This document shows, one piece after another, positions 54,976 to 64,000 of a stretch of 64,000 nt of DNA. How positions within the stretch are numbered: position 1 is the first letter of the stretch; the number at the start of each line of letters is the position of its first letter. This stretch comes from Octopus sinensis (taxonomy: Eukaryota): assembly GCF_006345805.1 (NCBI RefSeq), contig NC_043002.1:14074001-14138000 (forward strand). The letters are read 5' to 3'. A program made the translations under genes and the position numbers. Under the pieces are notes generated by a model. That model worked only from the letters and a program-made list of their open reading frames with translations. It did not search any database and was not told the DNA's origin.

Positions 54976-55034
54976 AACACCAGATTGATCAATTTCTAGA
55001 TTTACCCAATGGCTTTTCCTCGTCAGCAGAGCTT
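54976..55034 (-). ncRNA. Degenerate hammerhead candidate with a 10-nt palindromic stem III
   Basis: CUGACGA-GGA...UCUA-GAA-AUUGAUCAAU-C; stems I and II poor. Confidence 0.4.
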
Positions 55035-55789
55035 ACAAATGGGAAATAAATGAGATATTTATACATATCCAAAGGGAAGCAAACTACATATAAATACCAC
55101 AAATACATCCAACAACGAAATTCAAAGCTTAACTTAGCCCATGTTTATTCGTTCGTAATAGCACATAAGTGGCTAGGCCGAAGTGAATAGAAATATTTCA
55201 ATTATAGTAATAAAGGATAATATTTTTTACGTTATCAGTAACCAGCATATAAAAATATACCTATTAAATGACAATGAATCCATGCAATATCTGGGGAATG
55301 ACCTCCGAAAGATACAAAATAGAAACTACGTGGTGAAAATATGTCTGATGTTATACTAATTACTGAGTAGGTAATGGGTAACAATATGAAAGATATTTGT
55401 GATCGCTTCATAGCAAAAAATATGAGACTTAAATTCACGCATTGGTTTTATACATGAGCTTCATATTATAGTGTGTATCCGGAAATCGTAGAAATAATCT
55501 CATATCTTGGCTTGCAAAACGCAAAAATAGTGTTTATAGACATAATCAAAACTATCATCCGCAAGACACATACGATTGGTTATACTACAGAAAACATACA
55601 ACATTTGATATAATCCAGTAACAATAATCTCTATGTAAATATTTACTAATAATGCTAAGCTATTTCAACTCAGGTATCAAAAAAGAATAACTAATCAAAA
55701 TTTTAATTACTAAAGAATATGATTATTTCATGCTGCAGTATAACCAAAATAATAATGGCTTCAGTCTTTCCCAGAAGATCAGTAATTTT

Positions 55790-55966
55790 AGGTGAAGTGT
55801 AAGTCGATTACATCGACTTCAGTGCATAACTGGTACTTAGGTTATCGACCCCCAAAAATGAAAAGCAAAGTCGACCTCGGTGGAATTTGAACACAGAATG
55901 TAAAGGCGGATGAAATGCTGGTCAGCATTTTGTCCGGCGAGTTAAAGATTCTGCCAGCTCACCACC
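55790..55966 (-). mobile_element. SINE family B
   Basis: aaagtcgacctcggtggaatttgaacacagaatgt...ctgccagctcaccacc. Confidence 0.85.
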
Positions 55967-55971
55967 CTTAC

Positions 55972-56178
55972 TTTTTTACATGTTTCAGTCATTTGACTGT
56001 GACCATGCTGGAGCAGCGCCTTTAGTCGAGCAAATCGACCCCAGGACTTATTCTTTGGAAGCCTAGTACTTATTCTATCGGTCTATTTTGCCGAACCGCT
56101 AAGTTACGGGGACATATACACACCAGCATCGGTTGTCAAGCGATGTTGAGGTGACAAACACATACGCACAAACATACA

Positions 56179-56227
<49 letters not shown>

Positions 56228-56389
56228 GACGGGCTTCTTTCAGTTTCCGTCTACCAAATCCACTTACAAGGTTTGGTCGGCCCGAGGCTATAGTAGAAGA
56301 CACTTTCCCAAGGTGCTACGCAGTGGGACTGAACCCGGAACCATGTGGTTCGTAAGGAAGCCACTTACCACACAGCCACTCCTACGCCT
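55972..56389 (-). mobile_element. SINE family A
   Basis: Full-length copy. Confidence 0.92.
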
Positions 56390-56670
56390 GTAGCCACTCC
56401 TATTAGCAAAGTAATAATAGAAATAAACTTAAAGGGAAGTATTCCACACCTAGGATGCGGCCGTGTTATAAACATTCCACTCAAATAGCAGTATGATGTT
56501 TGAAAACGTAAACCAAGATGGTGTACATAAAGCGAGATAAATGAAATATTGTATGCAAATTTATTGGAGTCAATAATATCCTAGATATAAAAATGGAATA
56601 AACTATAGAACAAATAATGAAAACACACGGAGGCACACAAGAACGCACACACACACTCACGCATACAGAG

Positions 56671-56727
<57 letters not shown>

Positions 56728-57474
56728 ACACACACACACATATATATATATATATAATTTTCAAACAAAACAATGAAATATAAAATGCAGAATCTATTTG
56801 TACATGAAAAGTGTAAGCCGTCATGGCATGATAAAATCATTCAGAGAAAACTCATAACAAATCATACGAAAGTACATATATATGCTATGCCATTGTTATT
56901 TTATATTCTGCTTTGTGTAAAAAGCAGATGCGGCCAAATTTGTCCGGGAGCCGGATATACGAAAACATTTTTTTTTCTTCGTTTTTATTAAACATAAATG
57001 ATTTAACTTGCAACAGTTTTTTTGTACGAAACTATATTTGCATATATATTTTTATTGTAATGCATACATAAGTCTAAACCTGAATTTTTACTGGTTTCAG
57101 TGATGCATAAAGCTCTTGGGTTGCATAATGTATATTTTGTTACTTAAGAAAATTCTACGTTTTGTTTTAATTTATATATTTTTCTGCATTTCAAACTTTA
57201 TACGCTAAATATAAAACAAACGTAGATCTAATGGAAAGTATGCGTTGTGAGAGATAGCATTACTTTTCGTTCGGTCTAGTGCTCTGAAGAAAACATATTG
57301 CTTGGTACAAGCCGGGAGCACGCACCTGAAATCCTATAATAGGGGACATAATTTATGTAGCTCTAAGATCTTTCCCAGACACTTCTTTATATGCACAGAG
57401 AATTTTAGGTTTCGTGGATACAATAATATTATATCTCACGTCATGTGGGGAATTTGTGAATGAAAACAGATATA

Positions 57475-57706
57475 TATTTCTTTACTGCCCACAAGGGGTT
57501 AAACATAGAGGGGACAAACAAGGACAGACAAACGGATTAAGTCAATTACATAGACCCAAGTGCGAAACTGGTACTTTATTTATCGACTCCGAAAGGATGA
57601 AAGGCAAAGTCGACCTCGGCGGAATTTGAACTCAGAATGTAACGGCAGACGAAATACGGCTATGCATTTCGCCCGGCGTGCTAACGGTTCTACCAACTCG
57701 CCGCCT
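57475..57706 (-). mobile_element. SINE family B with an 18-bp TSD
   Basis: tgaatgaaaacagatata at 57457-57474 and 57707-57724; Deu/Nin-like atcgactccgaaaggatgaaaggcaaagtcgac. Confidence 0.93.
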
Positions 57707-58097
57707 TGAATGAAAACAGATATAAGAGTAGCTTCAATCACATGGCGTATAGAATACTTGATATTAGTTTTGTATATTTAGACATTAATGTAACCATCTT
57801 TCGTACCAACAAAACACGTACCCCAACATTCTGTTACAGATTTTGAAAAGGATTTGTAATTGCTTGAAGAGAAGTTATAACCACATTTAGATAAGCAGCA
57901 GTCTCTCTAACATATACTATGATGTGAGTTTACTCGTCATTTCTAGATTAGATTGATGTCGAATGACGACGACATGAATAACCAGCACGATGTAAAATTT
58001 GGGAGCTGATATGGCAAGTCCATGAGGCCAAATACCATCGTTATATTTCTAATGTTCATATAATTATAAATACATAATAAATGCAATACAGTAATAT

Positions 58098-58280
58098 TTA
58101 TTTTTACGGAGTTGTAGTTGCATAACAAGTGACCTGAACTGAGATTATGTGCTGAAGCAAAAACAATTGCAGCATGGAAGGTGTTTATAAACCGTTAGAT
58201 TCACTTCAACATTTAAATTTCATTTATCAAAATATTTTCGTCGCTTCGAGACCGCGACCTGTTCACTGACAAAATTCTAT
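58098..58280 (+). mobile_element. Repeat family P4 copy with an internal deletion
   Basis: Colinear with 40128-40330. Confidence 0.7.
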
Positions 58281-58394
58281 GCTGGTATTATATTCCTATA
58301 TTATAAAAAATAGATTTCGAATATGTTAATGCATACCAAATATCACATACAAAATCAAAAAGGAATACACAATATAGCGAAAAAGTATTAGATA

Positions 58395-58780
58395 TAACCA
58401 TTTTCCAACCAAACGGTTCTGGGTTCAATCCCACTGCCTGGCACCTTCGGCAATTGTCTTCTGTTATAGCAGTGAGACGACCAATGCTTTGTGACAGAAT
58501 TTGGTAGACAGAAAGATGCTAGTCATATGTGTGTGTGTGTGTGTGTGTGGGTGTGGGTGCGTGTGTGTGTGTGTTTCTCTATGTACTTATGTGTGTATCT
58601 TTGTGCTTGTGTTTGATCCCCCTCCCCATGCCTTGACAACCGATGTTGTATTTACATTCATGCAAATTAAATGTTCGGCAATAGAAATATATAGTATAAG
58701 TAATAGGCATACAAACAATAAGTTCGACTAAAAACATTTTAAGGTAATGTTCCAACATGGCCGCAGTCATGTGAAAACAT
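58395..58780 (+). mobile_element. Degenerate SINE family A
   Basis: gggttcaatcccactg...caacatggccgcagtca. Confidence 0.75.
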
Positions 58781-58817
58781 ATATATAATTTGAAACATTT
58801 TGATTCGGTAACATGCG

Positions 58818-58929
58818 ACTTAAAGTTTCGAAGGCCTCTACCAGAAGTTCGCCTCTTTCAGGATTTAGACTACTGAATCTAAAGCCTGAAAGAGACGGAC
58901 ATCTGTCAGAGGCCTGAGAAACTTTAAGT
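58818..58929. repeat. Imperfect 52-bp-stem hairpin
   Basis: 44 of 52 positions complementary; 8-nt loop at 58870-58877. Confidence 0.85.
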
Positions 58930-59059
58930 TACCAGAAAACGAATCCTACCGTTTAAATATTACATATAACTCTTACTAAATATATTGAGTACATTTTTTC
59001 ATCCGTTTCTCCACACGTCATGTAAATATGACAAGAGGGATCTGTCTAATATCTGCTTT

Positions 59060-59530
59060 TTCCTGATTCCCCACTTTAATGTGAGATCCATCTCCGCCAT
59101 TTAGAAGGCCATTCGCAAGGGAGGTCGCCAAATCTTACTTGTCCATTGAGGACCGCCCCTATCAACGAGGTTGTCACCCACATACAACAGCCCCGGCACA
59201 GTGGCGAACTTCCCAACTCGCTACACTATCACGTGCCTACTTATATATTTAGTATACGAAATACGATACTCCAGATGCAACAGCTGTTACATCGGTGGCA
59301 CGCACCGACCGCTCTACGTCCGAATGAAGGAGCTAACCAGGACTGCTACGGAGTGGAAATCGTCTACAAGCTCGGATTAACTGGTTCTATCGGACATGAC
59401 TCAAGCTTTGGCGGCTTTCAAAGAATAGTTTGTGCTATGGGAGTGTTGATTGGCATTCCTTTCAACGATGCTCCATACATAGTAGTCCAGTGGATTAAGA
59501 TGTGAAGAATTAGGAGACCAACTGCTGGGG
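59060..59530 (+). pseudogene. Penelope-like element remnant, GIY-YIG endonuclease
   Basis: CLLIYLVYEIRYSRCNSCYIGGTHRPLYVRMKE fits VY.I.C..C...YIG.T.R.L..R..EH. Confidence 0.75.
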
Positions 59531-59769
59531 TTGATGTGATCATGAAAAATGTCGGTAATCCATTCTTGTGTTATTTCAGCCTTGTGCTGTGGTGCAGAAT
59601 CTTGCTAAAAGACAAAACGGTTATATCTAATACCTTTTCGCTATATTGTGTATTTTCTCTGATTTTGTATGTGATATTTGGTATGGATCTTCTATAACGA
59701 TGAAGCTTTATACCTTAATTTGCCACTTCTATATAAGAAGACCGAGAAAAAATCTTGCGAAAAAATATT

Positions 59770-60560
59770 CATTTCAAAGAGATACCTATATACTTCCATT
59801 GCATACGCTGTTGATCCAAGGCTTAACAACTTTATCTAGAACCTCAGTATACGCAGCAATATCGTGGAAAAAAGTGAGGAGGCATCACATGTACTTCATT
59901 GATAACAACACCCAAAACCATGATACTTGCAGGAAATTTTGTGTGCATCACTCTTGTGACATCAGAAGGGTCTGGACATAGCCATCTGTCATTTCTTCTG
60001 TTAGCTTTCTGGTCCTGGTCAAAGTTTTCATCATCTGAAGAAAACCAAATCACACCACCTTCTGATGGATTTTAACGTTTGTTCAAAAGTATTTTGAAGC
60101 GGATTAAACGGTTTTCTTAAGTATGAATTAAACTCTCTTCCTTACATAAGTCGTCTTCATGCATTTCTGATTCTTTTTCTGATTCTTTTTCTGACACATA
60201 AAATTCGTTTGCAATTGCGGTCATTGGTTTTCCTGGATTGTCTTCAATATTTTGCTTACCTTCGTGAATAAATTCAGGTGTCCTAATAGAATCAGAACGC
60301 TTGGAATACCTCATACATTTTGATACAAGTAATACGCTCCCATTTTCTTTCTCTAACTCACACTGAATATTGTGGACAAAAGATCTTGCAACTTTCAGAA
60401 AACGAGAAATTTCTAAATCACCAAGCTTAGCCTTCAAAGCCACAATCACAGACTCCCTTTTCATTACTAAGTATAGGGCCTTTGAGACTACGAAGATATA
60501 TACATATAACATTTGGAGAAAGAAAAAAACGTTGCTATAAAACTGAATGTCAACCATAAC
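59770..60560 (-). mobile_element. Tc1/mariner relic, probably DD37D (maT)-like
   Basis: FSSDDENFDQDQKANRRNDRWLC, HTKFPASIMVLGVV, AAYTEVLDKVVKPWI; the third acidic residue is not preserved. Confidence 0.75.
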
Positions 60561-60795
60561 AAAATCACTACTATTAGAAAATATATTCTCAAAAATTACC
60601 TAGGCGGAAAATAGAATATTCGAAATAAGGGATAAGGAAAATTCTAACAGTAGAAGCTAAACGTTATAATGAGAATAAAAACTAGAAAATACAGCGTGAA
60701 TGTAAAACACAAAAATAGAATTAGTTCAAGGCAACCAAATATAGCACTGAAGCATAAAAATGTTACTTGCTTTACGCGAAAATTATTGACCAAAT

Positions 60796-61099
60796 TGTTT
60801 GTTCCTTCTCGAGCCACGCCTGGCTCATTAGGGCCGGTTTCCCGGTTTCCTTGGCATATAGGTTTCCCCACCTGGACGGGACGCCGGTCCGTCCCAGGTG
60901 ATCTGCAAGATGCAGGAGGAAAGAGTGAGAGAAAGTTGTGGCGAAAGAGTCAGCAGAAGTTCGCCATTACCTCCTGCCGGAGGTGCGTGGAAATTAGGTG
61001 TTTCGGTCATAAACACATACATCGCTCGGTCTGAGATTCGAACCCACGATACCTCGACCGCAGGTCCGCTGCTCTAACCACTAGGCCATGTGCCTCCAC
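60796..61099 (-). mobile_element. SINE family C with a 12-bp TSD
   Basis: tattgaccaaat at 60784-60795 and 61100-61111. Confidence 0.93.
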
Positions 61100-61119
61100 T
61101 ATTGACCAAATAATCTGAA

Positions 61120-61830
61120 CAAAACCAGTAATATACAAACAAATATAAGAAGGGTAGTGGATACGAAGAAAATTAAGGAATTAAAATACCAAAAAAAAAA
61201 TAAATGAAATTTTGAATATGAAAAACTTGGAATAGGAATTATACCCTACAGACATTGTTATTATTCGCTCAAGAAGTTTGTGGCAATGAGAGATACGATG
61301 AAAATATAACTAGCTCACTATATTTAGCATGTAAACATTAATATCACCAGATTAAAACAAGAAGTGCAAGCAGCAGCCACAACAATAACAAGGGGATATG
61401 TGTTTTTCACAAAAACTTCGTATATAGAATTATTTATACCCCAGCAAACGTCGTAGGAAATATAGAATGGAAAATAACCCTTACTTCATATAGAAATCAA
61501 TTAAGATAAAATATAAAGTTTACTATTAAAGAAATGCAGAATAAGAAATGAAATTATTCTAAATCAAAGAAAATTTAAATCGCAAGAAATCATCGACAAA
61601 CCTCAAAGCATCTATCATTTTAGAAAGGGACAATGATTCATGGAATAAGCAGTATATAAAAACTGGTTTTGTCGCTAAAAACAGAAATGAACTCACCAAG
61701 GACGAAATGTTCAAACTGTAGTAACATCAAAAGAAACCGTTAAGCCAGAAACCACAAACAGCTGGAAAGCACCAGGTATTTGATAACATTTCACATTTCT
61801 ATACGAGCTATTTATAAAGGACGCATACAA
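61120..61830 (+). mobile_element. Decayed R4/Dong-like RT N-terminal region
   Basis: A-rich; ACA AAC AGC TGG AAA GCA CCA GGT ATT gives TNSWKAPGI, the W-K-A-P-G-x-D motif. Confidence 0.5.
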
Positions 61831-62692
61831 AAAAAGTACGTGCAGGCTAACAGTTGTTGGTATAATGAGAGAGCTAAAAATTATTCCGAATTTGGGGGAA
61901 AGGCTGGCAGTTTTCAATAGGAGCATTGGTGGGTCAATTACATCGATACAGTACTAGAGTAGTACTTTATATTACAAAGCCAAAAGAATGACTTGGGCGA
62001 ATAGTTGTGTGTGTGTGTGTGTGTGTGTGTGCGTGCGAGCTTTAAATAATTTTTGTCTAGTAAAGAAACAAATACGTGGACATTGATAAATGAACGTCAA
62101 TGATAAGTAAATGAAGCAGAATGCTTCAGGCTGAAACATATGACAATTCTAGTTTATGAATAGATACGGAGGAAAATTTCTATCAGTTCATTGACAAGGT
62201 GTACATGTACGACATTTACTAAGAATGAATTTAAAAGACTGCGTTGCAAGGTTTATTTGCTGGGAATTGCTTTGACAGAACATATTGGGAAAGAAGGAGA
62301 AATTGTAGGAACATAAAACTCCCATTATTCACTACTGTAAAAACATGAAAACGTTTTGGGATTTCTTCATCCAATGAGATGGTAGAATTGTGAGTATGAA
62401 TCGTGATAAATTGATATTTATTTTTCGGGAAGTGAGAAATCAGAAGAATGCAGAATAACTAATATTGTTAATACCAGGAGATTATGAGAAAATAGAAATG
62501 TGACAAAACTGTGTGAAGTATAACAGGTATGTGTTCATTTAATGCTAGCATATAATAAAATGTATAATAATATATAATAAAAATAGTGATATGATCTATA
62601 GGTGATGATTAATAAAGTGAAATGAGATTTGAAATGAAATAAGAATGTTTCAAAATGCTTCGTTGTAAATTTACAATTACACTTAGTTACGA

Positions 62693-63686
62693 TTGGGTTG
62701 TCCGGAAAGTTCGTGCCGATTTATAGTAGATTAACTTACGACTTATTTTAGAACATGGTTGAGTCCATAAAAGAGGATTTGACTACACCTCTATTTAGAG
62801 CACAGTTTAAGCTATATTTTCGTGGAAGAAGGTTTATGTTCTTATAACCTGTGTTAATTCTGTACCCCTTTAAAATGGAAGATAAGAAAGTTAATTTTCG
62901 GCACTTGATGCTTTTCTTTTTCCGTAAAGGAAAAAAATGCCTCACAAGCAACCAAACAAATATGCACAGTTTACGGTGATGTTTCTTTATCCGAAAGAAC
63001 TGTACTGAAGTGGTTCGCAAGGTTCCGAGCTGGAGATTGTAGCCTTATTTATAAAGACCGATCAGGCAGACCATCCACTACAGATGATGACCAATCAAGG
63101 CATTAATAGAGAATAACCCACATTGCACAACCAAAGAATTGGCAGAAAACCTCAGCCTGTCAAAATCCGTCGTTCATGAGCACCTGGTAAAGCTTGGGTA
63201 CACAAATCGCTACGATATTTGGGTACCACATGAGTTGAGAGAGAAGAACCTTTTGGATCGCATTTCCATCTGTGATTTGCTTTATAAACGGAATGAAAAC
63301 GCACCTTTTTTAAAGCAAATTGTGACAGGTGATGAGAAATGGATTATCTACCGAGGTGTTCAGAGAAAGCGATCCTGGAGTAAGCGACATGAGCCACCCT
63401 TAGCCACCCCAAAAGCGGGTATTCCCCATAAAAAACGTTTTGTCTTGTGTCTGGTGGGATTGGAAAGGAATTCTGTACTATGAGCTTCTCCCAAGTATCC
63501 AGACAATTAATTCTGAGAAATACTGCACACAACTGGACGAATTAAAATCAGCAATTCAAGGAAAAACGTCAAGAATTGGCCAACAGGAAGGGTGTTGATA
63601 TTTGGTTGATTGAAAATATAATGGCAAGTATTAATTGGCCTTTTTCTTTCCTTTAAAAATCAGCACGAACTTTCCGGACAACCCAA
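62693..63686 (+). mobile_element. Internally deleted mariner
   Basis: TIRs ttgggttgtccggaaagttcgtg; transposase from ATG 62875 with WVPHEL, VTGDEKW, WWDWKG, lacking the C-terminal catalytic part. Confidence 0.93.
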
Positions 63687-63824
63687 AATTCATCATAGAA
63701 TATTTTACAATGAAAAATTGGCTACTGCATTTCGTAAGTAATTCCTGTATAGATTACTCGTTCATAACATCCCACTGCCACCCGAAGAGAGCTGATGTAA
63801 AACAACAACGATAACAACGGTAGC

Positions 63825-64000
63825 AAAGATCCCCGGCACATCGACACTATCATATCACCGACTCCTTCACCTGTCATCTACTGCATCTCCTGCTCTCTCT
63901 GCCCTTCTCTATGCGTCTGACAAACAGGACGCCGCTTCGCTGACCGGTTCGCGGAACACCTCCGAGACATCCAACTCGGCAATGACACCCCGGTCCCTCG
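63825..64000 (+). pseudogene. Penelope-like element remnant, GIY-YIG domain (runs off the window)
   Basis: ITDSFTC / IYCISCSLCPSLCV*QTGRRFADRFAEHLRDI. Confidence 0.85.

Overview
AT-rich, microsatellite-dense animal DNA. The SINE families and (TA)n/(CA)n/(TAA)n content match my recollection of an octopus (coleoid cephalopod) genome; that is inference, not a search result. No complete host gene is visible, and most ORFs in the supplied track are microsatellite or antisense artefacts. The window holds about 25 tRNA-headed SINE copies or fragments (four working families A-D), decayed LINEs (RTE, CR1, R4/Dong, Tx1), Tc1/mariner relics, two pogo-like MITEs, a young 2.06-kb foldback element with an 8-bp target duplication, and two Penelope-like GIY-YIG remnants. 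The most interesting layer is invisible to the ORF track: at least eight type-I hammerhead-ribozyme motifs with palindromic stem III, from several unrelated non-coding repeat families. Two look structurally complete (4765-4855 minus; 42543-42641 plus), and one of these lies in a 380-bp near-perfect palindrome opposite a crippled mirror copy. Several other short foldback structures and a diverged, motif-conserving non-coding duplication (30430-30900 / 41045-41570) are also present. Decayed repeat boundaries are approximate.
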